Shown here piece by piece: positions 13,852 to 27,455 of a stretch of 64,000 nucleotides of DNA. The stretch is from contig NC_092391.1 of NCBI RefSeq assembly GCF_030028105.1, positions 27,253,223-27,317,222 of the forward strand, written 5' to 3'. A program made the position numbers and the translations under genes. Origin of the DNA: Mobula birostris (lineage: Eukaryota). Every line of letters begins with the position of its first letter. Within the stretch, counting starts at the first letter, position 1. The notes beneath the pieces were generated by a model that had not been told where the DNA came from, did not search any database, and saw nothing but the letters and a program-made list of their open reading frames with translations.

Positions 13852-14070
13852 CTATTTGTACCTGGAGGAGTAATATTCTTCTTCCAGCTCGTACAGATCA
13901 ACTGCAATCTCATCTCGTAGGGTGATCAGCTTCTTGTCACATTCTTCCTGTAGACTCCGAAGCTGCTGCTTTCGCTGGTTTATGGCTTCGTTCACGGAGG
14001 GAAAGTCATTCAGAATCAGGAACTGTTTAAGGTCTGACACCAGCTTCATGAGAGACTCCCCAGCACGCAC
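13852..14070 (-). CDS. MED22: MED22 coding exon 3 (209 nt to donor at 13861; reads through to stop at 13852 in the short isoform)
   Basis: [30 protein letters not shown]...[14 protein letters not shown]; AG acceptor at 14071-14072. Confidence 0.97.
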   Translation of the reverse strand: MRAGESLMKLVSDLKQFLILNDFPSVNEAINQRKQQLRSLQEECDKKLITLRDEIAVDLYELEEEYYSSRYK

Positions 14071-14137
14071 CTAAATCAAGACAACACAGAATGAAAACAC
14101 ATCTATACATCTATCTATCTATCTATCTATACATGCT

Positions 14138-14532
14138 GGCTAAACCAGGTGAGGGTAGCCGACGGGTCTCAAACCCTTGGTGAGATAGGGAGCTGTCTAT
14201 CCCAGCACGTGAAGACAGACTCCGGCGGATTGAGCGGACGAGACCAATGGAAGGTCCAACGGTCAAGGCAGCAGTCTCTGCAAGCGTCGTGGAACGTGTA
14301 GAGCAGGACAAGACACGGAAGACGTCCTGGTCATCCACTGCGCCTAGTCCCATCTCCAGCCGTCTCGACTCTGTCTTGCCACTGGATCCAGATGGGAATT
14401 GGGAAGAGAGAGTGAGGCTGATGCTGTGCAACTCTCCCTCACTTAAATCCAAATCACGCGCTAGTCTCGACACCATCATAATGGTGCGAGGTCCTCATCG
14501 ACGTCAACGATGGACGAACAACAACAACAACA
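14138..14532 (+). mobile_element. 5'-truncated copy of RTE-like non-autonomous retroposon with (CAA)n tail
   Basis: Near-identical to 51353-51737; ends GGACGAACAACAACAACAAC. Confidence 0.85.
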
Positions 14533-14582
14533 TATTATAGATATATATAGAAGACAAAAACACAGAATGAAAACATATATAA

Positions 14583-14624
<42 letters not shown>

Positions 14625-15199
14625 CTACTGTGGATTTACAGGTCAATTTCACTGTGCATTACTTACGTGGTGTTAAGACAAGTGAGGGCCTAAACTAAGA
14701 GATGTGGGTGAAAGATGATCGGACCTGGATGAATAGTAAATTTTAAACATTCTGCTCTTGAGGATACAAAAGCAATTTTCTGAAACTATTATATCGAAAC
14801 AGCCCATTCAGCTCCTTGACTCTGCTCCCTTATTCAATCAGATATCATAAATTCATCTAACCACTTTTCTGTAACTGTGAATGTGCTCTGTCTAACAAAA
14901 ATGAACCAATCTCAGCTTCAAAATTGTTAACTGTCTGCCACCTTCAACTCTTCAGGTTACAGGATACCAGAACTCCACTATACTTGAGGGACAGATTGCT
15001 TCCCTTGAAAGTTGTTATTTTTTCTTCTATGTACCACTCACTCTTTACTACAAATGTCCATATTATCAAAGAATGAAATTTCAAGGTGAAAATTTACATT
15101 GAAAGCTTCCACTGTAAATGTTGATTTAAGACATTATAATGGATTAGATCATCATGAACTGCAATACCTTGAATATAGCTGTTATACCTCCTCACTGTA

Positions 15200-15980
15200 T
15201 CTCCTATCAGCACAGGCATGCCTCAGGGATGAATGCTTAACCCACTGCTCTACTCTCTGCACTCTCATGACTGTGTGGCTAAGCACTGCTCAATCAACAT
15301 CTATAAATCTGCAGATCACACCACTGCTGTTGATGAAATCTCAGATGGGGACATACAGGAGTGAGATGGATCGGCTAGTTGACTGGTGTCTCAACGTCCT
15401 GATGTTTCTGGGTGTCACCATCTTGGAGGACATGTCCTGGGCCTAATACACTGTTGCAAACACAAAGAAAACGTGCTAGCATCTCTTACTTATTAAGAGT
15501 TTGAGAAGATTTGGTATATCACCAAAGGCCGTTGCAAATTTCCATCGATCGGTGAAGAGCGTTAGGACTGGTTGTATCGTGGCCTGGTATGGAGGGTCCA
15601 ATGTGCAAGATTGCAAGAGGCTGCCAGGGACTGTAGACTCAGCCAGCCTCATCCTGGGCACTAGCCTCCCTACCATCATCAACAGCATCTTCAAGGTGGC
15701 ATCTATCATTAAGGAACCTCACCATTTGGGACACGCCCTCTACTCATTTCTACCATCAGTGAGGTGATACAGGACCCACACTCAACAATTCAGGAACAGC
15801 ATCTCCTCCTCCACCACCATCAGATTCTCAAAAAGTCTATGGATACTATCTCATTATTCCTTTCTTTGTTGTGCTCTTTTTTGGGTAACTTATAATCATT
15901 TTTATGTCTTTGCCTGAACTGCTGCCATGAAGCAACAAATTTCACATCACTAAGTCTGTGATACAAAACCTGACAGCTAT
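15200..15980 (+). mobile_element. Degenerate Rex1/Babar-like LINE 3' fragment
   Basis: Broken RT C-terminal motifs (FLGVTI..., RRFGISPK...GCIVAWYG). Confidence 0.65.
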
Positions 15981-16263
15981 TCTAAACACGGTATGGATAT
16001 TGGTTCATGTTAACATTTCTTACCAAATTGCTATTCACCATTATACAAAATGTTTACATAAGAATTTATCAAACTTTAGATGAAGTTCTAATTCTAGCGT
16101 CCTAAGTTCCAAAGATGAAAAGCAACTTTATGTTCAGCTGTAATAAAAATAGAAAATGCAGGTCAGTCCGCCTGTGTTAAGAGGAATAACGTTAATAATT
16201 CACACCAATGATCTTTCAGCTGTGCTGCCCTGTAATCCTCCCATTTGGGGTGTTCTACATATA

Positions 16264-16330
16264 CAGTACTGTGCAGAAGTCTTAGGCACATGCATATGGC
16301 TCGGCTGCCTCAGACTTTTGCACACTACTG
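16264..16330. mobile_element. 67-bp Tc1-derived MITE
   Basis: TA-flanked; ends CAGTACTGTGCAGAAGTC / GACTTTTGCACACTACTG, the same ends as the 52340 element. Confidence 0.7.
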
Positions 16331-16637
16331 TAGTCATTTGATGTATTGCACTTTCCTGCTGCTGCAAAACAAACCCGAATTTCATGACATATGTGAGTGA
16401 TGATAAACCTAATTCTGATATGGGTCTCTATCATGGCCTGAGAGCAGGAAGAGAGGCAGGGAGGGGGGAATCATGGTTGGGAAAGGTCGTGTGGGAACCA
16501 CCCCCCCCCACCCCAGCAAGGGTCAGCATATGTGGGACCCATCCCTAGCAAGGCTCAGTGTGTGTGGGACCAAGGAGAGACACAGAAAGTATAAACTACT
16601 CAGACAAAATTGTGAATTTGACCTCCTTGGTACGTAC

Positions 16638-16718
16638 AATATTTGCTGCTCTCACATGCATCTCATAGTGATCTTGTTCACACTGAGTCGCGCGGGAAAC
16701 CTGTGTCTCGTCTTCAAC
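16638..16718 (-). CDS. MED22: MED22 coding exon 2
   Basis: 81 nt, AG/GT flanked; VEDETQVSRATQCEQDHYEMHVRAANI. Confidence 0.96.
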
Positions 16719-18715
16719 CTGCAAGACAAGATTGAGCTTCAGATTAATATATCTCAGCGTGAAAAGGACTTTACATTAAGCCTCAAACTAGTTCTGTTTA
16801 TTCCCCTCCATAGATGCTGCCTTTTTTCAAGACCATAAAAGACATAGCAGCATAAACAGGCCATTTAGCCAATCGAGTCTGCTCCAACATTCCATCATGG
16901 CTCATTTATTAAACCCACTTGTGCTGCCTTTTCCCTGTAACCTTTGATGTCCTGACTAATCAAGAACCTATCAACTTCTGCTTCAAATAATCCAATGACT
17001 TGGCCATCACAGCCATCTGTGGCAATGAATTCCACAGACTCACCACCCTCAGGCTAAAGAATTTCCTCCTTATCTCTGTTCTAAATGGACTTCTCTTTAT
17101 TCTGAGGCTGTGCCCTCTGGTCCTAGACTCTCCCACTACAGGAAATATCCTTTCCACATCCACTTTACCTTTGGCCTTTCAATATTCAATAGGTTTCAAT
17201 CAGATCCCCCCTCATCCTTCTAAACTCTAGCAAGTAAAGGCCCATAGCCATCAAAACGCTCCTGATGCATTAACCCTTTTATTCCTGGAATCAATCTCAT
17301 GAACATCTTCTTAGATAAGGGGCACAAAAACTGCACACAATACTCCTCTGCAGTCCGATTTATGTCTTATAAAACCTTAGCATTACATTCTTACTTTTAT
17401 ATTCTTGTCCTCTCAAAATGAATGCCAATATTCCATCTGCCCCCTTTTTTGCCCATTCTCCCAATCTGTCCAAGTCCTTTTGCAGACTCCCTGCTCCCTC
17501 GACACTACCTGCCCCTCCACCTATCTTCGTATTGTCCACAAACTTGGCTACAAGGCATCAAATCCATCATCCAATTCATTACATATACGAGAAAAGAAGT
17601 GGTTCTAACACTGACACCAGTGAGATACAATTAGTCATCAGCAGCCAACCAGAAAAGGCCCCCTTTATTTCCATTCTTTGCCTCCTGCCAGTCAACCAAT
17701 CTTCTATCCATGCTAGTATCTTTCCTGAAATACCGTGGGCTCTTAAATTGTTAAGCAGCCTTGCATGCAGCACCTTATTATAGGCCTTCGGAAAATCCAC
17801 TTAAACAAGATCCACTGACTCTCTTTTGTCTATCCGGTCTCTTATTTCTTTAAAGAATATCAACAGATTTGACAGAAAAGATTTCCCCTTACAAAACCAT
17901 GCTGATTTTGGCATATTTTATCATGTGCCTGCAAGTACCCCGAAACCTCATCCTTGACAATCGACTCCAACATTTTCTCAACCACTGAGGTCAGACTAAA
18001 TGGCCTATAATTTCCTATCTTTAGCCTCTCTCTTTTAAAGAGTGGAGTGACATTTGCAATTTTCCAGTCCTCCAGAACTATTCCAGAATCTAGCGATTCT
18101 TGAAAGATCATTACTAATGCCTCCACAATCTCTTCAGCCACCTCTTTCAGAACCCTGTGGTGTAGTCATATCTACTTTTAGATCTTTCCGCTTCCTAAAC
18201 ACCTTAGTAATAGCAACTGCACTCACTTTTGTTCCAAAACTCCTGAATTTCCAGCATACTGCTGGTGTCTTCCACAGTGAAGACTGATGCAAAGTACCTA
18301 AGTTTGTCCACCATTTTTTTTGTCCCTCATTACTATCTCGCCGGCGTCATTTTCCCAGTGATCCGATATCCATTCTTGCCTCTCCTTTAGCTTTTATGTA
18401 TCTGAAAAAAACTTTTGGTATCATCTTTTATATTACTGGTTAGCTTACCTTCATATTTCATCTTTTCTCTCCTTATAGCTTTTAGTTGATTTGTCTTAGT
18501 ATTTAAAGGCTTCCCAACCCTCTAAATTCCCACAAGTTTTTGCTATATATGCCCTCTCTTTTGCTTTTACGCTGTCTTTGACCTCCCTTGTCATTCTCCT
18601 CTCAGAATACTTCATCTTTGCGATGTATCTATCCTGCGCTTCCTGATTTGTTTCCAGAAACTCCAGCCATTGCTGCTCTGCCATCATCCCTGTTAGTGAC
18701 CCTTTCCTATCAACT

Positions 18716-19773
18716 CAGAATTGGCTTGCCTGCAGAAGGCAGAGGGTGGTGGTGGAGGGAGTACATTCAGATTGGAGGATTGTGACTAGTGGTGTCCCAC
18801 AAGGATCTGTTCTGGGACCTCTACTTTTCGTGATTTTTATTAACGACCTGGATGTAGGGGTAGAAGGGTGCGTTGGCAAGTTTGCAGACGACACAAAGGT
18901 TGGTGGTGTTGTAGATAGTGTAGAGGATTGTCGAAGATTGCAAAGAGACATTGATAGGATGCAGAAGTGGGCTGAGAAGTGGCAGATGGATTTCAACCCG
19001 GAGAAGTGTGAGGTGGTACACTTTGGAAGGACAAACTCCAAGGCAGAGTACAAAGTAAATGGCAGGATACTTGGTAGTGTGGAGGAGCAGAGGGATCTGG
19101 GGGTACATGTCCACAGATCCCTGAAAGTTGCCTCACAGGTAGATAGGGTAGTTAAGAAAGCTTATGGGGTGTTAGCTTTCATAAGTCGAGGGATAGAGTT
19201 TAAGAGCCGCAATGTAATGGTGCAGCTCTATAAAACTCTGGTGAGGCCACACTTGGAGTACTGTGTCCAGTTCTGGTCACCTCACTATAGGAAGGATGTG
19301 GAAGCATTGGAAAGGGTACAGAGGAGATTTACCAGGATGCTGCCTGGTTTAGAGAGGATGCATTATGATCAGAGATTAAGGGAGCTAGGGCTTTACTCTT
19401 TGGAGAGAAGGAGGATGAGAGCAGACATGATAGAGGTGTACAAGATATTAAGAGGAATAGATAGAGTGGATAGCCAGCGCTTCTTCCCCAGGGCACCACT
19501 GCTCAATACAAGAGGACATTCCTCTTAACGTAAGGGGTGGGAAGTTCAAGGGGGATATTACAGGAAGGTTTTTTACTCAAGAGAGTGGTTGGTGCGTGGA
19601 ATGCACTGCCTGAGTCAGTGGTGGAGGCAGATACACTAATGAAATTTAAGAGACTACTATACAGGTATATGGAGGAATTTAAGGTGGGGAGTTATATGGG
19701 AGGCAGGCTTTGAGGGTCGGCACAACATTGTGGGCCCAAGGGCCTGTACTGTGCTGTACTATTCTATGTTCTA
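18716..19773 (+). mobile_element. Young 5'-truncated CR1 LINE
   Basis: Open 260-aa RT C-terminus ([36 protein letters not shown]); TTCTATGTTCTA tail. Confidence 0.93.
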
Positions 19774-20022
19774 AAACATTGCCCTTTTGACCTGCATTTT
19801 CTAATTCTCGTTATAATTTGTACCCCACCTCCTGGCTACTGTTTGGGGGCCTGCATATAACTCCCGTCATTGTTTTTTCACCCTTGTAGTTTCTTAACTC
19901 TACCCACAAAGATTCTATATATCCCAATCCTATGTCACCTCTTTCTAACCAACGCGCACAAAATGCTGGAGAAACTCAGCAGGTCAGGCAGCAACTGTGG
20001 AAATGAATAAAGAAATTGACAT

Positions 20023-20868
20023 CAAGCAACACACATCAAAGTTGCTGGTGAACGCAGCAGGCCAGGCAGCATCTCTAGAAAGAGGTACAGTCGACGTTTC
20101 AGGCCGAGACCCTTCGCCAGGACTAACTGAAGGAAGAGTGAGTAAGGAATTTGAAAGTTGGAGGGGGAGGGGGAGATCCAAAATGATAGGAGAAGACAGG
20201 AGGGGGAGGGGTGGAGCCAAGAGCTGGACAGGTGATTGGCAAAAGGGGATATGAGAGGATCATTGGACAGGAGGTCTGGGAAGAAAGACAAGGGGGGGGT
20301 ACCCAGAGGATGGGCAAGAGGTATATTCAGAGGAACAGAGGGAGAAAAAGGAGAGTGAGAGAAAGAATGTGTGCATAAAAATAAGTAACAGATGGGGTAC
20401 GAGGGGGAGGTGGGGCCTAGCAGAAGTTAGAGAAGTTGATGTTCATGCCATCAGGTTGGAGGCTACCCAGACGGAATATAAGGTGTTGTTCCTCCAACCT
20501 GAGTGTGGCTTCATCTTTACAGTAGAGGAGGCCGTGGATAGACATGTCAGAATGGGAATGGGATGTGGAATTAAAATGTTTGGCCACTGGGAGATCCTGC
20601 TTTCTCTGGCGGACAGAGCGTAGATGTTCAGCAAAGCGGTCTCCCAGTCTGCGTCGGGTCTCGCCAATATATAAAAGGCCACATCGGGAGCACCGGACGC
20701 AGTATATCACCCCAGTCGACTCACAGGTGAAGTGTTGCCTCACCTGGAAGGACTGTTTGGGGCCCTGAATGGTGGTAAGGGAGGAAGTGTAAGGGCATGT
20801 GTAGCACTTGTTCCGCTTACACGGATAAGTGCCAGGAGGGAGATCAGTGGGGAGGGATGGGGGGGACG
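20023..20868 (-). mobile_element. Penelope-like element 3' fragment (GIY-YIG endonuclease + pLTR with hammerhead motif)
   Basis: ORF 20417-20743 has GVIYCVRC..C...YIGETRRRLGDRFAEH; flanking duplication AATTGACAT at 20014-20022 and 20869-20877. Confidence 0.92.
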
Positions 20869-21649
20869 AATTGACATTTTGGGCTGAGAGCCTTCTTCAG
20901 GATTCTTTCTAAGAATTTGGTTTCATTTTTTTTTTACCAACATAGCCACCCAACCCCTTCTGCCTATCTGCCTGTCCTTTTGATACAATGTGGTATCACA
21001 TTGTATGTGATGTTCAGCTCCCAACTATGACCTTCTTTCAGGCACAGCTCAGTGATGCCCACAACATCGTACCTGCACTACAAGATCATCTACCTTATCC
21101 TGCATATCGTGTGCATTCAAATACAACACCCTCAGTCGTGTATTCATCACCCTTTTCAATTTTGCTCTGATTTGCACTTCAGTTCATCTCACTGACTGCA
21201 ATTTTGCCCTATCATCTGCCTGTCCATCCTCACAGTCACATGACACACTGCATCTAGTTGTATACCAACTGCCTCACCCTCAGCTCTATCACTCTGGCTC
21301 CCAACTCTTGCCAAACTTAACCCCCTCCCCCACAGCTCTAGCAAACCTGCTCACAACTGAGGTTCTAAGCAACTGAACAGGACTGAGCTGGCAAACCTGA
21401 AAAACCTGACAGAGGCCTTTAAAGTGATGAAAGGGCAGGTGTTTCCAACCTGGGGAAGTCCAGAACCAGGAATCATAAACACAAGATTGGCAGTAATAAA
21501 TCTTAAGAAGAAATTCAACGAGAAACTTCTTCTGAAGAATGAGCAGAATACTACACGGAGTAGTTCGGGTGAATGGTACAGAGGCTGCATCACACTAGAA
21601 GGGAGAAAGATAGATATGCTAATAACATGAGATGTAACTGTGTGGAGCT

Positions 21650-22200
21650 ATAAGTAAGGTTTAACCCTGGATGGTGGAGATCCTTTGCTTTCCTGAAACA
21701 CCTCATGGAGATGTGCTTAATGATGGGGAAGGTTTTACCCATGATGGACTGGCCATATCCACTACCTTTTGTAGGATTTTCCGTTTGAGGGTATTGGTGC
21801 ATCTACACTAAGAGGCAGTGATGCAGCCAGTCAGTATACTCTCCACTACACAGCTATAGAAGTCTGTCAAGGTTTTAGATGTCCTGCCAAATCTTCATAA
21901 ACTCCTGTAGAGGCACAGCCGTGCTTTCTTTGTAATTACACTTGCATACTAGACCCAAGGAAGGTCCTCTGAAATGATAACACTAGGAATTTAAAGTTGC
22001 TGACCCTCTCCACCTCTGATCCTCCCATGAGGACTGGCTCATGGACCTCAGGTTTAACTCCCATGAGAACTGAGTAATCAGCTCCTTGGTCTTGCTGACA
22101 TTGAGTGAGAGGTTGTTGTTGGGGCACCACTCAGCTAGACTTTCAATCTCCCTCCTACACTGTATGCTGATTAGTCACCACCTTTGACTTGGCCGGCGAC
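21650..22200 (-). mobile_element. Degenerate Rex1/Babar-like LINE fragment
   Basis: Remnant motif GSEVERVSNFKFL. Confidence 0.55.
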
Positions 22201-23149
22201 AGTAAGACATGGATGAGGCAATTTTTATTTTCCCTCAGGGTTGTGAGTTTGGAACAGGGTTCCTGACAGAATGGTGGAAGTAGCCTGAGTAGTTTTAAGG
22301 TGGGGTCATTTAGATTGTTGATTATTAATGGAATGAAAAATTAATGTACGCAAAGGAGAATGTGGCTTTCTTCTGCTCCCAATACGTACATTCACGTACT
22401 GTAATAAATTGTTATGAAGGGAACTGAGAAAGGGGAGATGAGGCATAGGGCAGATCAGCCAGGATTATAGTGAAAGGTAGAAAAGGTGTGAGGAGCTGAG
22501 ATGCCAACACCTGTTGTTGTTTTGCCCAGTTGTGTGGAGCATGGATGGGTTGAGTTGCTGGTTACCCGTGATCTGAGTGAAGGGGTGAGCACCTGTTCCT
22601 CCATCTTGCTCCACAATTCATTGAGCTAATGAGCAGATGGAGACACAGGAGACTGCAGTTGCTGGCGGTGTGCAGCAACAATCTGCTGGAGGAGCTCAGG
22701 TCGAGCGACATCCATGGGAGGAGAGGAATTGCTGACGTTTCGGGACAAAATCGTGCATCGTGGCTTCCCGTAGATGCTGCTCAATTTGCTGGGCTCCTCC
22801 AGTAGGTCGTTTATTGCTGTAAGCTGCCAGCTGGTCGGGACCACCTCAGATCTGGGAAGCCCAGAGTGTGGGAGGAACTCAGCAATTCAAAAGAGGGGAG
22901 CCGGGCAGTTGGGACGTTCTGCGTGCCACAGTTCAAGGACACATTGGATTGCACAACAGGAATGAGAGAATTTAAAAGAAGTGAGCAGTGGCAGTCGGGA
23001 AATTCTGCATGTCACAGTTCCTGGGAGATATTGGATTGTGCTGTGGGAGAGAGTTCAAAAGTGGTGAGTGGGGCCAGTCAGAACATTCCACCATTTCCGA
23101 GGAGACACTGGATTGTGCATAATTGAGCATTCTGCAAGGGTCAATAAAA

Positions 23150-26100
23150 AGTTAGGTTTAAGCAGAGCGGCCATTCTGTGAGTGGGCAAGTTTCAGAGTG
23201 GAGAGCTCAAGCTTTAGCTTATAGAGGCTTTCACGAGAAGACATGAAGGCTGCAGGTAGATTCTTTTGTTCAAATTTTCTTTCTTTCTTATTGCATAGTT
23301 GGAGCTGTGGGGATGCCAGGTATGATAGTGGAATGCTCCAAAGATTTGGTTATTTCTTCAGCAGTTTGATTGGGGCACGACTGCGCAAGCGTGTGGATGT
23401 CAGCCACTTAGAACAGCGAGTAGGGTTTAAAAGGAGACAGCTTTATAGAGTGGGCGTCAGAGTAGAGGGAGACAGAGTAGGAAGGCCTTGGCTCAACAGA
23501 GCTTCGGTGATAACAGGTCGAGGCCAGGTAGGTTAACTGTGTAGAATATAGACAGGAAGTATGTGTGAGAGGCCGGTTTTCTATGCTCGATGTCAGATGT
23601 GGGACACTGGGGAAGACTCCCAGCCTCTTAGACGGCCACATCTGCGCCAGGTGCGTTGAGCTGCAGCTCCTTAGGGACCACGTTAGGGAACTGGAGATGC
23701 AGTTCGATGACCTTCATCTGGTCAGGGAGAGTGAGGAGGTGATAGAGAGGAGCTATAGGCACTGGGGCCTCGGGAGACAGATAAGTGGGTAACAGTCAGG
23801 AGAGGGAAAGGCAAGAGGCAGATACTAGAGAGTACCCTTGTGGCTGTACCCTTTAACAATAAGTACTCCTGTTTGAGGACTTTTGGAGGGGGGGGGGAAC
23901 GGCCTACCTGGGAGAAGCAACAGTGGCCGCACCTCTGGCACAGAGTCTGGCCCGGTGGCTCAGCAAGGCAGGGAAAGGAAGAGGATGGCAGCAGTGATCG
24001 GGGTAGGGTGTCAGATAGGCAATTCTGTGGGCGCAGGAAAGAAGCACGGATGGTAGTTTGCCTCCTAGGTGCCAGGGTCCAGGATGATTCTGATCGTGTC
24101 CATGATATCCTGAAGTGGGAAGGAGAACATCCAGAGGTCATGGTACATATTGGTACCAATGATATAGGCAGGAAAAGGGATGAGGTCCTGAAAGCAGACT
24201 ACAGGGAGTTAGGAAGGATGTTGAGAAGCAGGACCACAAAGCTGGTCATCTCGGGATTACTGCCTGTGCCACGTGACGGTGAGTACAGGAATAGAGTGAG
24301 GTGGAGGATAAATGCGTGGCTGAGGGATTGGAGCAGGGGGCAGGGATTCAGATATCTGAATGATTGGGACCTCTTTTGGGGCAGGTATCACCTGTACAAA
24401 AAGGACGGGTTGCACGTGAATCCCAGGGGGGGCCAATATCCTGGCGGGGAGGTTTGCTAAGGCTATTGGGGAGAGTTTAAACTAGAATTGCTGGGGGGGT
24501 GGGAACCGAACTGAAATGACAGAGGAAGGCTCACAAATAGAGAAAGCTTGGAGACAGCGCGAGAGGAGAATGGGCAGGTGAAGGAGAAGAGATGCGCTCA
24601 GACCGATGGTTTGAGATGTGTCTATTTTAATGCAAGGAGTATTATGAACAAAGCGGATGAGCTTAGAGCGTGGATCAGTACTTGGAGCTATGACGTTGTG
24701 GCCATTACAGAGACTTGGATGGCTCAGGGACCGGAATGGTTACTTCAAGTGCTGGGTTTTAGATGTTTCAGAAGAGACAGGGAAGGAAGCAAAAGAGGTG
24801 GGGGTGTGGCACTGTTGATCAGAGATAGTGTCACAGCTGCAGAAAAGGTGGACGTCACGAAGGGATTGTCTACGGAGTCTCTGTGGGTGGAAGTTAGGAG
24901 AAAGAAGGGATCAATAACTCTACTGGGTGTTTTTTATAGACCACCCAATAGTAACAGTGACATTGAGGAGCAGATAGGGAGGCAGATTCTGGAAAGGTGT
25001 AATAATAACAGGGTTGTTTTGTGGTGGGAGATTATAATTTCCCAAATATCGATTAGCATCTCCCTAGAGCAAGGGGCTTAGATGGGGTGGAGTTTGTTAG
25101 GTGTGTTCAGGAAGGTTTCTTGACACAATATGTAGATAAGCCTACAAGAAGAGCGGCTGTACTTGAACTGGTATTGGGAAACGAACCTGGTCAGGTGTCA
25201 GATCTCTCAGTGGGAGAGCATTTTGGAGATAGTGATCACAATTCTATCTCCTTTACCATAGCCTTGGAGAGGGATAGGAACAGACAAATTAGGAAAGGGT
25301 TTAAATGGAGTAAGGGGAATTATGAGGCTGTCAGGCAAGAACTTAGAAGCATAAATTGGCAACAGATGTTCTCAGCGAAATGTATGGAAGAAATGTGGCA
25401 AATGTTCAGCGGATATTTGTGTAGAGTTGGTATGTTCCAAAGAGACAGGAAAAGGATGGTAGGGTACAGAAACCGTGGTGTACAAAGGCTGCTGTAAATC
25501 TAGTCAAGAAGAGCTGAGAAGAAGAAGAAAAGGTTCAAAAAACTAGATGATAGAGATCTAGGTTATAAGGCTAGCATGAAAGAGCTTAAGAATGAAATTA
25601 GGAGAGAAAGAAGGGGCCATGAGAAGAGCTTAGCGGATAGGATTAAGGAAAATCCCAAGGCGTTCTACAAGTATGTGAAGAGCAAGAGAATAAGACATGA
25701 GAGAATAGGACCAATCAAGTGTGACAGTGGAAAAGTGTGTATGGAACTGGGGGAGATAGCAGAGGTACTTAGTGGACACTTTGCTTCAGTATTCACTACA
25801 GAAAAGGACCTTGGGAATTGTAGGGATGACTTACAGCAGACTGAAAAGCTTGAACATGTAGATATTAAGTGCTGGAGATTTTGGAAAGCATCAAGTTGGA
25901 CAAGTCATCGGGACCGGACAAGATGTACCCCAGGCTACTGTAGGAGGCGAGGGAGGAGATTGCTGAACATCTGGCGATGATCTTTGCATCATCAATGGGG
26001 ACGGGAGAGGTTCTGGAGGATTGGAGGGTTGCGGATGTTGTTCCTTTATTCAAGAAAGGGAGTAGAGATAGCCCAGGAAATTATAGACCAGTGAGTCTTA

Positions 26101-27455
26101 CCTCAGTGGTTGGTAAGTTGATGGAGAAGATCCTGAGAGGCAGGATTTATGAACATTTGGAGAGGCATAATATGATTAGGAATAGTCAGCATGGCTTTGT
26201 GAAAGGCAGGTCGTGCCTTACAAGCCTGATTGTATTTTTTGAGGATGTGACTAAGAACATTGATGAAGGTAGAGCAGTAGATGTAGTGTATATGGACTTT
26301 GGCAAGACATTTGACAAGGTACCCCATGCAAGGCTTATTGAGAAAGTAAGGAGGCATGGGATCCAAGGAGACATTGCTTTGTGGATCAAGAAATGGCTTG
26401 CCCATAGAAGGCAAAGAGTGGTTGTAGATGGATCATATTCTGCATGGAGGTCGGTGACCAGTGGTGTGCCACCGGGATCTGTTCTGGGACCCCTACTCTT
26501 CGTGATTTTGATAAATGACCTGGATGAAGAATAGTAAATTTGCTGATGACACAAAGGTTGGGGGTGTTGTGGATAGTGTAGAGGGCTGCCAGAGGTTACA
26601 GCAGGACATTGATAAGATGCAAGACTGGGCTGAAAAGTGGCAGATGGGAGTTCAACCTAGATAAGTGTGAGGTGGTTCATTTTGGTAGGTCAAATACCAT
26701 GGCAGAATATAGTATTAATGGTAAGACTCTTGGCAGTGTGGAGGATCAGAGGGATCTTGGGGTCTGAGTCCATAGGACACTCAAAGCTGCTGTGCAGGTT
26801 GACTCTGTGGTTAAGAAAGCATATGGTACATTGGCCTTCATCAATCGTGGGATTGAGTTTCGGAGCCGAGAGGTAATGTTGCAGCTGTATAGGACCCTGG
26901 TCAGACCCCGCTTGGAGTACTGTGCTCAGTTCTGGTTGCCTCACTACAGGAAGGATGTGGAAACCATAGAAAGGGTGCAGAGGAGATTTACAAGGATGTT
27001 GCCTGGATTGGGGAGCATGCCTTACAAGAGTAGGTTGAGTGAACTTGGCCTTTTCTCCTTGGAGTGACGGAGGATGAGAGGAGACCTGATAGAGGCTTAT
27101 AAGATGATGAGAGGCATTGATCACGTGTATAGTCAGAGGCTTTTTCCCAGGGCTGAAATGGCAGCATGAGAGGGCACAGTTTTAAGGTGCTTGGAAGTAG
27201 GTACAGAGGAGATGTCAGGGGTAAGTTGTTTTATTTTAAAAAACGCAGTGAGTGGTGAGTGTGTGGAACGGGCTGCTGGCAATGGTGGTGGAGATGGATA
27301 CAATAGGGTCTTTTATTAGAATCCTGGATAGGTACATGGAGCGTAGAAAAATAGAGGTCTATGGATAACCCTAGGTAATTTCTAAGGTAAGGGCATGTTC
27401 GGCTCAGCTTTGTGGGCCGAAGGGCCTGTACTGTGCTGTAGGTTTTTTTTATGTT
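23150..27455 (+). mobile_element. Near full-length, frameshifted CR1 LINE (ORF1 zinc finger + esterase; ORF2 APE endonuclease + RT)
   Basis: HICARC zinc-finger remnant; SGNH-like VHIGTNDIG; YFNARSI/VAITETW/SDHN endonuclease motifs; [11 protein letters not shown] and [11 protein letters not shown] motifs; CR1 tail. Confidence 0.93.

Larger units (their letters stand above)
16835..21350 (-). mobile_element. Old degenerate CR1 LINE, interrupted by younger insertions
   Basis: Fragmented CR1 RT motifs (DWKIANVTPLFK, GNYRPFSLTSVV, LAWIEDWLTGRRQR, SLWNSLP). Confidence 0.8.

Noticed and set aside
23840-24460. Stand-alone SGNH esterase gene
   Set aside because: It is the known esterase domain of CR1 ORF1 in a frameshifted element
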